From IMG/VR virus record IMGVR_UViG_3300042691_027609: 64,000 bases of DNA, one strand, 5' to 3'. The DNA is from a virus. Below are positions 35,618 to 45,613 of this stretch, in pieces. The translations under genes were made by a program, and so were the position numbers. How positions within the stretch are numbered: the first letter of the stretch is position 1; every line of letters starts with the position of its first letter. The notes below the pieces were generated by a model. That model did no database searches. It saw only the letters and a program-made list of their open reading frames with translations, and was not told the DNA's origin.

Positions 35618-37351
35618 ATGGCAAATTTAGTAAACTCTTTACTTAGCGAGTCAGCAAATTCTGCTTACTCCGACCAGTACAGCGTTGCCAATAAACTTAC
35701 AAAAAAGTGGGCAAAATCTGGTCTGCTTGAAGGTCTCGCTGACCACGATCGCTCTGCGATGGCAGTGATTCTTGAAAATCAAGCAAAACAATTAGTTGTT
35801 GAATCATCCAATACTAACTTCGGTGGTGCAGCCGGTACAGGCGCAACTTTCACAGCTGGTGCTGGTGAACAATGGGCTGGTGTAGCTCTTCCGTTGGTTC
35901 GTAAGATCTTCGGACAAATTGCAGCTAAAGAATTCGTTAGCGTTCAGCCAATGAATCTTCCTGCAGGTCTAGTATTCTTCTTGGACTTCCAATATGGTGG
36001 TGCCAATGGAGTTTCTAATCCTGCTTTCCCTACTAACACTTCTGTTTACGGTGCTCCTTCTACCAACTTTGGTAACGAAGCATCTGGAGGTCTTTATGGT
36101 GGTGGTCAGTTCGGATACTCTCTAAACCTTTTCTCAGCATCTGTATCGTCTTCCAATACACCGGCGATTACCTCAGGTTCTGCTACTTGGGCTGATGTTA
36201 ATTTTGATGCTACTGTATCAGCATCTGTTGTTGCTAGCACAATCACTAGATTGGGTATTCCAACATCTTCTTTGACTTCTGATTGGAATCAATTGGGCGT
36301 ACGCTCTTTTGCTTTATCATCTGCAGCTGGAAATGCAACTCAATTCAATGATAGTAATATTTTGTCAAACTTTACTCAAGTTTCTCAAAGTGCAGCTGGA
36401 ACTTATATCGTATTCTACGTTAATAAAGGTATCGCTTTAGGCGGTGCTAGTAGTGGAACAAATAATAACTATATTGTTAGCTTTAATAAGCAAACTGATT
36501 TTAATTCTCGTGGTGACTTTGAAGATCGTTCAAATACTCCTGCGGTTCCTAATGCGTATAACGCTTCATCTATTGTTATTCCAGAAATCAACGTTGGTAT
36601 GAAGTCTGAGACTATTTCTGCTAAAACTCGTAAGTTAAAAGCACAATGGACTCCAGAATTCGCTCAAGACCTTAATGCTTATCACGCACTTGATGCTGAA
36701 GCTGAATTGACAGGTCTTCTTTCTGAGCACGTTTCTTTAGAAATCGATTTGGAAGTAATGGATATGTTGATTCAAAATGCAGCTACAACTGAATACTGGT
36801 CAGCAAAAGTTGGTGCTACAATCAATGGCGCAACAACTCCAGCAACATACAACGCTGCAACTGCTGCTTCAACTGCGGGTCAATACTACACACAAATGAC
36901 TTGGTTCCAAACTTTGGGTATCAAGCTTCAAAAAGTGTCTAACATTATTCACCAACGTACATTACGCGGTGGCGCTAACTTCATGGTTGTTTCTCCAACT
37001 GTTGCAACTATCTTGGAATCAATTCCTGGATTTGCTGCTGATACAGACGGAGCTGCTGATACAATGAAGTATGCTTTCGGTGTACAGAAGATCGGTGCTC
37101 TTAACAGCCGTTACAAAGTCTATAAGAATCCTTATATGACTGAGAACGTAATCCTTATGGGTTATCGCGGTACAGCATTCCTTGAGTGCGGTGCTGTTTA
37201 CGCTCCTTACGTGCCTTTGATCATGACTCCTCTTGTGTACGATCCTAATACCTTCACTCCAAGAAAAGGTATCATGACTCGTTACGCATTGAAGATGGTT
37301 CGTCCTGAATTCTATGGTCGTGTGATCGTATCCGACACAAACGTTATCTAA
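35618..37351 (+). CDS. gp23: Major capsid protein (T4 gp23-like)
   Basis: 'LENQAK', 'LPLVRK', 'VSVQPMNLPAGLVFFLDF', 'AKTRKLKAQWTPEFAQDLNAYHALDAEAEL', 'YAPYVPL', 'FTPRKGIMTRY'. Confidence 0.96.
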   Translation: MANLVNSLLSESANSAYSDQYSVANKLTKKWAKSGLLEGLADHDRSAMAVILENQAKQLVVESSNTNFGGAAGTGATFTAGAGEQWAGVALPLVRKIFGQIAAKEFVSVQPMNLPAGLVFFLDFQYGGANGVSNPAFPTNTSVYGAPSTNFGNEASGGLYGGGQFGYSLNLFSASVSSSNTPAITSGSATWADVNFDATVSASVVASTITRLGIPTSSLTSDWNQLGVRSFALSSAAGNATQFNDSNILSNFTQVSQSAAGTYIVFYVNKGIALGGASSGTNNNYIVSFNKQTDFNSRGDFEDRSNTPAVPNAYNASSIVIPEINVGMKSETISAKTRKLKAQWTPEFAQDLNAYHALDAEAELTGLLSEHVSLEIDLEVMDMLIQNAATTEYWSAKVGATINGATTPATYNAATAASTAGQYYTQMTWFQTLGIKLQKVSNIIHQRTLRGGANFMVVSPTVATILESIPGFAADTDGAADTMKYAFGVQKIGALNSRYKVYKNPYMTENVILMGYRGTAFLECGAVYAPYVPLIMTPLVYDPNTFTPRKGIMTRYALKMVRPEFYGRVIVSDTNVI

Positions 37352-37375
37352 TTTAGTTAGTTAACATAAAAAGAA

Positions 37376-37402
37376 AGGCCCAACTTCGGTTGGGCTTTTT
37401 TT
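37376..37402 (+). terminator. Rho-independent terminator with C(UUCG)G tetraloop after MCP
   Basis: AGGCCCAAC-TTCG-GTTGGGCTT followed by a T-tract. Confidence 0.9.
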
Positions 37403-37417
37403 ATTCTTGTATGTTCG

Positions 37418-37426
37418 ATATTTATA
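37418..37426 (+). promoter_or_regulatory. ATATTTATA putative late promoter
   Basis: Just after the MCP terminator, before phoH. Confidence 0.7.
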
Positions 37427-37440
37427 TAAAATAAAGTTGT

Positions 37441-38115
37441 ATGACAGAAAATAATTTTACTGAAAAAAGAAAACCAAAAAACCCAATCAAGTTTTTAATT
37501 CAATTAAATGAAGAGCAGAAACAAGCAAAATCGACAGTTTTAAACAGTAAAATATCTGTTATAAGAGGTCAAGCTGGATCTGGAAAATCATTATTAGCAG
37601 CGCAAGTTGCTCTAGACATGTTGTTTAGTAGAGCTGTGGAAAAAATCATCTTAACAAGACCAGCGGTCACTTCTGGAGAAGAAATCGGTTTTTTACCCGG
37701 TTCGAAAGACGATAAATTGGCTCCGTACACGGCAGCCATATATGATAACATGTATCGTCTTTATCGAAAAGAAGCGATAGACAAGCAATTGGTAGATGGT
37801 CACATTGAAGTTATCCCACTAGCATTTATGAGAGGTCGTAACTTAACTAACTGTTGTGTTGTTGTTGATGAAGGTCAAAATATCACACACAGACAAATGG
37901 AATTGTTGCTAGGTAGAATGTGTAACGGATCAAAAATGATTATTTGCGGAGATACTGCACAGATCGATTTAAAAGATAAAAAAATGTCAGGTTTCAATTT
38001 TATATGTACAAATTTTAAAAACATAGAAGGATTTTCAGTGATACAGTTAAAAACAAATCATAGAGATCCTATAGTAGAAAAAATATTAGAAATATATAAA
38101 GAACACTCTGATTAA
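37441..38115 (+). CDS. phoH: PhoH-like ATPase
   Basis: 'GQAGSGKS', 'LTRPAV', 'GFLPG', 'PLAFMRGR', 'VDEGQN', 'GDTAQID'. Confidence 0.92.
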   Translation: MTENNFTEKRKPKNPIKFLIQLNEEQKQAKSTVLNSKISVIRGQAGSGKSLLAAQVALDMLFSRAVEKIILTRPAVTSGEEIGFLPGSKDDKLAPYTAAIYDNMYRLYRKEAIDKQLVDGHIEVIPLAFMRGRNLTNCCVVVDEGQNITHRQMELLLGRMCNGSKMIICGDTAQIDLKDKKMSGFNFICTNFKNIEGFSVIQLKTNHRDPIVEKILEIYKEHSD

Positions 38116-38117
38116 CT

Positions 38118-39284
38118 ATGGCAAATCCACTAATATACAATGGGGATCCCGGTCCAATTTACGGAAATACACCGTTTGGATTTTATGATTTTGATGCGCA
38201 GTTCCAAGCAGACGGTCCAAAAGTAGCTAATTACGTTGCTAGAAAATTGGGATATCCTGTTATGGAAGTAGAATTACAAGATCTAAATATATACGCGTGT
38301 TTTGAAGAAGCTGTTGCGGTATATGCAGAGGAGTTATATCAGTTAGCAATAAAAGATAATTTTATAAATCTATTGGGTTCACCAACAGGATCTTCGTTCA
38401 ATAATCAAGTAATAGTGCCAAGCTTGAATAGCATAATAACTTTAGCTGATGGATATGGTACTGAAGCAGGTGTCGGAGGATATACAGAGTGGTATACTGG
38501 TTCTATAGATCTGGTTAGCGGACAACAAGTATACGATTTGCAAAAATGGGGAATAGATGGCGGATATATATCGACTGGAGATAGAGTTGTAGTAAAAAGA
38601 ATATTTTATGAAAGTACTCCAGCGATAAATCAATACTATGATCCTTACATCGGAGGATCAATAAATTATCAAGGCGCATCAGAAAATTTTGGTTGGGCTA
38701 GTTATTCTCCAGGTTTGAATTTTACGTTATTTCCAGTTTACTGGGACATACAAAGAATTCAACAGATCGAAATGTCTAACCAGGTTAGAAGATCTGCATT
38801 TACATTTGAACTAATAAATAATAAACTTAGAATATTCCCAAGACCAGAAGTCGATGGTGTAAAATTACATTTGCAGTATTCTAAGAAAAACGAGATGTCT
38901 AATGCTCTCGCAAATAGTCCGTATAGTGGTAATACGGGATTGATAACAAATCCATCGAATGTTCCATATAATCAAATAGATTACTGCACCGTCAATGCAC
39001 CAGGAAAACAGTGGATATATGAATTCACATTGGCACTCGCGTCAGAATTACTTGGGTTGATAAGAGGCAAATACACAACTGTACCTATACCTGGAGCTGA
39101 AGCGACTCTAAACGGAGCTGATTTGGTTTCTAAAGGTCGCGATATGCAAGAAAAACTTAGAGAAAAATTAAGAGGCGATTTAACAGAGATGAGCAGGCAA
39201 GCTCAATTAGAGAGAAAAAAATCTGAAAACGATTCAATGGCAGATACGTTAAGTAAAGTACCTTTAATGATATATATAGGATAA
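38118..39284 (+). CDS. Neck/head-tail adaptor (gp13-like)
   Basis: 'ARKLGYPVMEVEL', 'WIYEFTLALASELLGLIRGKY...IPGAEATLNG'. Confidence 0.8.
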   Translation: MANPLIYNGDPGPIYGNTPFGFYDFDAQFQADGPKVANYVARKLGYPVMEVELQDLNIYACFEEAVAVYAEELYQLAIKDNFINLLGSPTGSSFNNQVIVPSLNSIITLADGYGTEAGVGGYTEWYTGSIDLVSGQQVYDLQKWGIDGGYISTGDRVVVKRIFYESTPAINQYYDPYIGGSINYQGASENFGWASYSPGLNFTLFPVYWDIQRIQQIEMSNQVRRSAFTFELINNKLRIFPRPEVDGVKLHLQYSKKNEMSNALANSPYSGNTGLITNPSNVPYNQIDYCTVNAPGKQWIYEFTLALASELLGLIRGKYTTVPIPGAEATLNGADLVSKGRDMQEKLREKLRGDLTEMSRQAQLERKKSENDSMADTLSKVPLMIYIG

Positions 39285-39285
39285 T

Positions 39286-39777
39286 ATGGCGCTATTTGGT
39301 TCAACAAGAGATATTAAAACTTTTAAGGGCATATCTAAAGAGCTTTTGGAGAATGTCATATCCCAACAGTGCGGATATTACAAAATCATGCTTAAAGATA
39401 CACCGAAAAACATATACGGAGAATCATCTCAAAAGTTTTATATCGGACCAGTACTGCTTAATTGCTTGATAGAGCGTGGAGATTTTTCTTTCGAGCAAAG
39501 CGAATTTGGACCCGATTCGAAAAGATCAGTTACGTTTAGATTTTTAAAAGATCACTTAGTGACCGCAAATGTAATTCCTGAAGTCGGTGACGTTGTATTC
39601 TACAATGAGTACTACTATCTAGTAGATAATGTTAATGAGAATCAGCTAATATTGGGTAAAGACCCGGACTACACCTATTCGTCTGGATTAGATAACTTTG
39701 GATCATCATATTCTATTATACTAAATTGTCACTTTGCGTCCCCTGATGCTCTGGGCATACAAAAAGAAAGACTATAA
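39286..39777 (+). CDS. Head closure protein (gp14-like)
   Basis: Position after gp13; 'NIYGES', 'PEVGDVVFY...YYLVD'. Confidence 0.7.
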   Translation: MALFGSTRDIKTFKGISKELLENVISQQCGYYKIMLKDTPKNIYGESSQKFYIGPVLLNCLIERGDFSFEQSEFGPDSKRSVTFRFLKDHLVTANVIPEVGDVVFYNEYYYLVDNVNENQLILGKDPDYTYSSGLDNFGSSYSIILNCHFASPDALGIQKERL

Positions 39778-41027
39778 TGGCAAACAAAATAGTTAGACCA
39801 ACCACTCGACAAGAGTTTATGAATAAACTCGTGGTACCGTATGACTTGCAAATTGGTAATACAAACGAAGTGTATTCCGAGAGGGCCACTATAGGTTTAC
39901 CAGAAAATAATAGATCAAAAGAAATATCTCTTCGAGGAGACGAGGATAAAAATTTTAGCGTTGGAATTAAGGATATAAACGAAGCAATAGATTATTATTT
40001 TAGAAATGTTTTAAAACTTTCGGTAATACAGAACAATACAAGGTTGGCAGTTCCAATAATATATGGAACTCCTGAAAATTGGGCATCAGTACAAGCTGAT
40101 GGATATTATAGAGACGGCGCATCAAAATTAATGGCACCTTTATTCATGTATAAAAGAACAAGTATTGCGCAAAATAGAAACTTAGGAAATAAAGTAGACG
40201 GTAATAAAGCTGCTACTATACAATTGTTTCAAAAAACTTTCAATAAAAAAGACGTATACAATAATTTTAATGCACTAAATAGCAGAGCACCAAAAAAAGA
40301 ATACATAGCAGTAGTTACACCCGATTATGTGACGTTAACCTATTCGTGTATTATTTGGACTCATTTTGTAGAGCAGATGGATAAAATTATCGAATCGCTA
40401 AATTACTCTTCTCGATCTTATTGGGGAGATCCAAATAAGTTTCAATTTTACAGCGATATAAGTAGTTTCGAAGACAGCACAACACTAAACGTTGGAGAAG
40501 ACAGATTGGTTAGAACCAATTTTACTTTAACCCTAAACGGATGGCTAATACCAGATTCATTAAACAAATATTTATCTGCGGTTAACAGACAAATAGGAGT
40601 TTCACAGGTGGTCTTTGGATTAGAAGTAGAGTCAACATCAGAAAGATTCGTTGCGTCAACCAAATCGTCAACAGAGAGAAAACTAACAAATGTCATAACT
40701 ACAGATTCCCAAAATATAGTTGTAAATCAAACATCAAACGTGAGCGCAGAAACTTTAACATATTTGAATACAAATAAACAAGTAACAGGAACTTTTGTGA
40801 ACGCAACTACAGCAACTTTCGCGAATGGTTGGTTGACTGCACCTGCAGGTTTAACAACGGATCAAAATAGCTTTACATTTTTCTGTAACGGTCAACTTGT
40901 AGAAAAAACTGCAGTTGTGAGTTTTACAGAATCCGGAGGAGTGTCTACACTTGTCATTAACGCATCAGCGCTTGGATTCTCTTTTAGTAGTACTGACGAA
41001 ATAATTGCTATAGGTAAATTTAGTTGA
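39777..41027 (+). CDS. Tail terminator/sheath stabiliser (gp15-like) with C-terminal extension
   Basis: 'VPIIYGTPENW', 'PDYVTLTY..IIWT...QMDKIIE', 'FTLTLNGWL'. Confidence 0.7.
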   Translation: MANKIVRPTTRQEFMNKLVVPYDLQIGNTNEVYSERATIGLPENNRSKEISLRGDEDKNFSVGIKDINEAIDYYFRNVLKLSVIQNNTRLAVPIIYGTPENWASVQADGYYRDGASKLMAPLFMYKRTSIAQNRNLGNKVDGNKAATIQLFQKTFNKKDVYNNFNALNSRAPKKEYIAVVTPDYVTLTYSCIIWTHFVEQMDKIIESLNYSSRSYWGDPNKFQFYSDISSFEDSTTLNVGEDRLVRTNFTLTLNGWLIPDSLNKYLSAVNRQIGVSQVVFGLEVESTSERFVASTKSSTERKLTNVITTDSQNIVVNQTSNVSAETLTYLNTNKQVTGTFVNATTATFANGWLTAPAGLTTDQNSFTFFCNGQLVEKTAVVSFTESGGVSTLVINASALGFSFSSTDEIIAIGKFS

Positions 41028-41031
41028 TAAT

Positions 41032-41817
41032 ATGTCGATAATAAACACGAAACAAATAAACAGTCCACTAAATATAACGGGTTCGTTATTTGGAACTTCT
41101 AGTTGGGCAGAATATGTCGTAAACGGTGGATCAGGCGCCGGTTTTCCATACACTGGAAACGCAGTAATATCAGGAAGCTTATTGGTTTCTGGTAGTGGAA
41201 TAACTGTAACAGGATCATTGAGTTCTGCGAATATAACAGGCAGCTTAAGAGGAACAGCAAGTTTCGCAACAACAGCGTCACACGCTTTAAACGGAGGAGT
41301 AACGGCAATAACTGCAGGAACTGGAATAAGCAGAAACGTAGCGACCGGAAACGTAACGATAACTAATACTGCTCCCGATCAAGTTGTATCATTAGGAAGT
41401 GGCACTGGAATTAGCGTATCAGGAACATATCCAAGTTTTACCATAACAAATACTTTGCCCGGAATCGCACCTGATTGGGATGCATACTATAATGTCGCAA
41501 TAGATGATTATTTTAGTGAAGATCTTTTGCAAGACGTGTACGATGTAGTAATAATAAAAGATACTTTCAACAATATAACTTTGGATAGATTAGGTAGAGG
41601 TATATATAGATTAACTTGCGCGCAAGCTATATTTAAAGGAGATGCTACTTTCGTGACAATAACGGTTGGAATGAGGGTGTATGACAACCCAGCAGTGGGT
41701 ATACTCGTACCAAATTCAACTACACAATGTTACGTATATATTATAGATCCAGCAACAAAAAACCCTATTGGAGATGACATATCGCAAACAATGATAGAAA
41801 TTAAGACACACAACTAA
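41032..41817 (+). CDS. Fibre-like virion protein
   Basis: TGS/SGS-rich; 'VTAITAGTGIS' repeats; shares a module with 42186. Confidence 0.7.
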   Translation: MSIINTKQINSPLNITGSLFGTSSWAEYVVNGGSGAGFPYTGNAVISGSLLVSGSGITVTGSLSSANITGSLRGTASFATTASHALNGGVTAITAGTGISRNVATGNVTITNTAPDQVVSLGSGTGISVSGTYPSFTITNTLPGIAPDWDAYYNVAIDDYFSEDLLQDVYDVVIIKDTFNNITLDRLGRGIYRLTCAQAIFKGDATFVTITVGMRVYDNPAVGILVPNSTTQCYVYIIDPATKNPIGDDISQTMIEIKTHN

Positions 41818-41827
41818 ATTGATTATA

Positions 41828-42184
41828 ATGGCAGCAGGAAAATACAACATGACAATTGAACAGGGATCTACGCTAAATCTGCAACTATTGTATAAAGATT
41901 CGAACAACGCTATAATAGATTTATCAGGTTATTCTGCGAAGATGCAGATAAAATCGGATTTTGCTGACAACAGCCCTACTACTTATTTAACGCTGAGTAG
42001 TTCTGTAGGATCTGGATTAACAATAACTCCTGTATCTGGCACGATTGACGTGCTTATACCAGCGGAATCCTCTTCGTTAATGACTTTTGATACAGCGTAT
42101 TACGATTTGGAAATTACGACGGGAAGTATCGTAACAAGAGTTTTGCAAGGCACTGTAAAAATAAGCAAACAAGTAACTACATAA
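41828..42184 (+). CDS. Small beta-rich virion adaptor protein
   Basis: 'YNMTIEQGST...DLSGYSAKMQIK...YDLEI...RVLQG.V' pattern common before phage fibre genes; ATG 41828. Confidence 0.7.
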   Translation: MAAGKYNMTIEQGSTLNLQLLYKDSNNAIIDLSGYSAKMQIKSDFADNSPTTYLTLSSSVGSGLTITPVSGTIDVLIPAESSSLMTFDTAYYDLEITTGSIVTRVLQGTVKISKQVTT

Positions 42185-42185
42185 G

Positions 42186-45100
42186 ATGTCATGTTCAAAT
42201 CCTAACATAGCGAATCAAGCTACATTTGTAGTAACTGTACCGGATAACAACACTATCACGATAACGGATCTATCGAAATATAACGTCGTGACCGCAATAC
42301 AACAAGTGTCGAACGTTATACAGATTAATACACCAGGCCCACAAGGACCGGCTGGAACTAGCAGCTCTACTACTAGTACAGGTAGTTTATTAACAACCGC
42401 ATCAGTTTCACTAAATACAATAACGTTTACTAAAGGAGACGGTAGTACGTTTCCTATTACAGTCAATACCGGTTCGAGTGGAACTAATATTAGTGATTAT
42501 GTAACGACTAGCTCTTTTAATGCTTTTACATCTAGCGTTGTAACTACGAGTTCGTTTAATGCTTTTACATCATCATATAATACATTTAGTGGATCGTATA
42601 ATACGGGATCATTTACAGGATCATTTGTTGGATCATTGCAAGGCACTTCAAGTTGGGCTAATAACGCATCAACTGCATCATATTATGTAGAAATAGATCC
42701 TGTATTTGTAGCAAAATCTGCGTCACTAGCAACAACTGGTTCAAATGCTTTTCTCGGTAATCAAACTATAACAGGTTCGCTAACAGTGTCAGGTTCATCA
42801 ACGTTTACAAATATAGGACCTGCAATTTTTAGTGGCAGTGTATCATCAAACGGTGGATTCACAGGATCACTACAAGGCACTGCTAGCTGGGCACAATCTG
42901 CATCAAACGCTATAAATGCTCAAACTGCATCTGCTATATTAGGAGGATCAATAAACCATGTTCCCTACTTTATAACAAATAACACATTAGCCACTAGCTC
43001 AATATACCAATCAGGTTCTAACACAGTTATTATAAACCAGAATGCGGCTACGTCGACTAATCCAGAGGCACTATATGTTTGGCAACCGAGTAAAACATCA
43101 TTCAATGTAATAAGTGGAAAAGGCGAATTGGATAATTACCTACAGTTAAATATTCAAAATACAGACGTAGGCACTAATGCATCATCAGACGTAGTTGCCA
43201 CATCAAATAACGGTAACGAAAGTACCAATTACATTGACATGGGTATTAACAATGAAAACTACAATAGTGGATTCATTGGAGCTGCTAACGATGCCTATCT
43301 GTATTCGACCGGTAGACACCTACACATAGGAAACGTATCTAATTACCCGGTCCAAATATTTGCAGGAGGCAGTAATACTGATGCGTCTAGAAAATTAGAA
43401 ATACGTCATGATAACCAGCACTCAATGACTGGTTCATTCGATATTAGTGGTAGTTTAAATGTAAGAAATAATTTAACAAGTAGTGGATTACTAACTAACG
43501 GAAATAATACTATATTAGGTAACACTGTAATGAGCGGATCTAGTACAATACAAGGTACTACCACAATGACTGGATCACTTAATATAACAGGAATAACGAC
43601 ACAAATAGGCACTAATACATTAGCAGGCAATACAATATTATCAGGTAGTATTATAATATCAGGATCAACCACAACACCAATAACACCAACAATTAAGATA
43701 TACGGTGATATGGAAACAGACGGTGTGATTAAATTCATGCCTGTATCTAAAAACATAGACACATCAATATCTGCGTCGTATATATTTGTATCAGGATCTA
43801 CAAACGATTTATATTTTAGTCAAAATGGTAACGGATATAATAATGTAACTCGTCTACGTTGGTTAGAAAGTAATTTATATACAGGTTTATTACATGGTGG
43901 TATCATATCGCAAGTAAATTCAAACACATATAGAATAGGAAGCGGTAGTGGTATTATTGTTGATTTGAATGTAACAGTACCTGATGATCCGTATCCTGTA
44001 GTACAATTTTTAGAATGGGGAAATTTAACTAATACTATTGATGCTTTAAGTGGATCATTTGACCAACAATTTGTAGCTATAAATTCATCAAATCAAATAT
44101 ACGCTCAAGGAATACCATACAATAATGGTGATTATAATGATAAAATACCAATAGGTATTGTACTCCATCAGAATAGATCCACAATAAATGGTGTTCAGAC
44201 TTTTCCAGGCGTAGCATATGGATGGAAACAAAGATCATTTGATTTCATTAAAGCATTTGGAGCATTAAAAATATCGGGGTATACCCTATCTCAAAGCGGA
44301 TCTTCTGCTAGAGGCTTATTATTAAGTGGTGGTACATCTTGGGTAGACGGTAGGAATTATACAATAGACCCAACCCAACCTAGCTATATTGAAGAAGCAG
44401 TAGGCACACCAACCTCTAAAATATTTAGATACTATCAATCAGGATCTGATTTCGTTTACAATACAAACGGTGGAGCTGGATTCACAGACATAGACCCAAC
44501 GCAGTATTCAAATGCAGGTACACTATCATCGGTAGATTCAAATAAATGGACAATACAAAGAGTATTTTATTTTCCTAATAGTGCTACAAAGGCATTATTT
44601 ATTTATTATGGAAATGCTCAATATGCAAATGAAGCTGATGCTCTTGCGGCAGTAAACACTGAAATATTTACTGAGGCACCTAATACAGCGGCTAGTGCTA
44701 TTTACATTGGCTATATGTTACTAAGAGATGACGCTGATTTTAATACAGCTGCGTCGTATGAATTTTATGCTGCTGGATTATTTAGAGGAGTTGGTACAGG
44801 AGGATCTGGAGGAGGTGGAGGTGGAGGTGCAACATCATTAGCTGGTTTAACTGATGTACAAATAACATCACCCACTAATGGACAACCATTAGTATATAAT
44901 TCTACTGCAACTAAGTGGGAAAATAACAGTTCGTTAACAGCATCATTACAAGGTACTGCTAGTTGGGCTATAAATGTTGTAAATGGAGGTGGAAATGTTT
45001 TCCCATACACAGGTAGTGCTACAATAACAGGTAGCTTAGTAGTAACAGGATCAACAACATCAACACTAGGATTTACCGGATCATTGTTTGGTACATCATC

Positions 45101-45566
45101 TTGGGCTATTAGCGCATCACAAGCTATAAGCAGTTCATTTACTACATCAGCATCATACGCTACAACAGCTCAAAATGTACTAGGATCAGTTGCGTCTGCT
45201 GATACAGCATCATACTCTACTAACTTTACTGTAGCAAACACTCTAATAATAGACCAAACTTTAACAGATTACCACTTAACAGTAGCCGGTACTACTGGAA
45301 CTTGGGGAATGTTTAGCCAAGCCACAGGATCATACAGATCGGCTCATGCAAAATATACTTTGTATAACGGATCAAATGCAAGAGCAGGCGAATTCGTAAC
45401 AGTGTGGAACGGCACAACTACAACTTATTACGATAATGCTACAACAGATATAGGATCGACGTCTGATCTAGTATTTCAATCGTCTATATTAACAAGTAAC
45501 ATAAAAATAGATGCGGTAGCAGCTTCAGGAGGTTGGACAATTAAAATGTTAGTAACCTATATTTAA
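42186..45566 (+). CDS. Long fibre/whisker protein
   Basis: 1126 aa, S/T/G-rich, GPQGPAG motif, internal repeats (VTTSSFNAFTSS x2; GSLxGTxSWA x4). Confidence 0.8.
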   Translation: MSCSNPNIANQATFVVTVPDNNTITITDLSKYNVVTAIQQVSNVIQINTPGPQGPAGTSSSTTSTGSLLTTASVSLNTITFTKGDGSTFPITVNTGSSGTNISDYVTTSSFNAFTSSVVTTSSFNAFTSSYNTFSGSYNTGSFTGSFVGSLQGTSSWANNASTASYYVEIDPVFVAKSASLATTGSNAFLGNQTITGSLTVSGSSTFTNIGPAIFSGSVSSNGGFTGSLQGTASWAQSASNAINAQTASAILGGSINHVPYFITNNTLATSSIYQSGSNTVIINQNAATSTNPEALYVWQPSKTSFNVISGKGELDNYLQLNIQNTDVGTNASSDVVATSNNGNESTNYIDMGINNENYNSGFIGAANDAYLYSTGRHLHIGNVSNYPVQIFAGGSNTDASRKLEIRHDNQHSMTGSFDISGSLNVRNNLTSSGLLTNGNNTILGNTVMSGSSTIQGTTTMTGSLNITGITTQIGTNTLAGNTILSGSIIISGSTTTPITPTIKIYGDMETDGVIKFMPVSKNIDTSISASYIFVSGSTNDLYFSQNGNGYNNVTRLRWLESNLYTGLLHGGIISQVNSNTYRIGSGSGIIVDLNVTVPDDPYPVVQFLEWGNLTNTIDALSGSFDQQFVAINSSNQIYAQGIPYNNGDYNDKIPIGIVLHQNRSTINGVQTFPGVAYGWKQRSFDFIKAFGALKISGYTLSQSGSSARGLLLSGGTSWVDGRNYTIDPTQPSYIEEAVGTPTSKIFRYYQSGSDFVYNTNGGAGFTDIDPTQYSNAGTLSSVDSNKWTIQRVFYFPNSATKALFIYYGNAQYANEADALAAVNTEIFTEAPNTAASAIYIGYMLLRDDADFNTAASYEFYAAGLFRGVGTGGSGGGGGGGATSLAGLTDVQITSPTNGQPLVYNSTATKWENNSSLTASLQGTASWAINVVNGGGNVFPYTGSATITGSLVVTGSTTSTLGFTGSLFGTSSWAISASQAISSSFTTSASYATTAQNVLGSVASADTASYSTNFTVANTLIIDQTLTDYHLTVAGTTGTWGMFSQATGSYRSAHAKYTLYNGSNARAGEFVTVWNGTTTTYYDNATTDIGSTSDLVFQSSILTSNIKIDAVAASGGWTIKMLVTYI

Positions 45567-45567
45567 T

Positions 45568-45576
45568 ATATTTATA
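45568..45576 (+). promoter_or_regulatory. ATATTTATA putative late promoter
   Basis: Intergenic before 45614. Confidence 0.65.
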
Positions 45577-45613
45577 ACAGAACTATTAGTTGGATAGTGA
45601 AAACTAATGAAAC

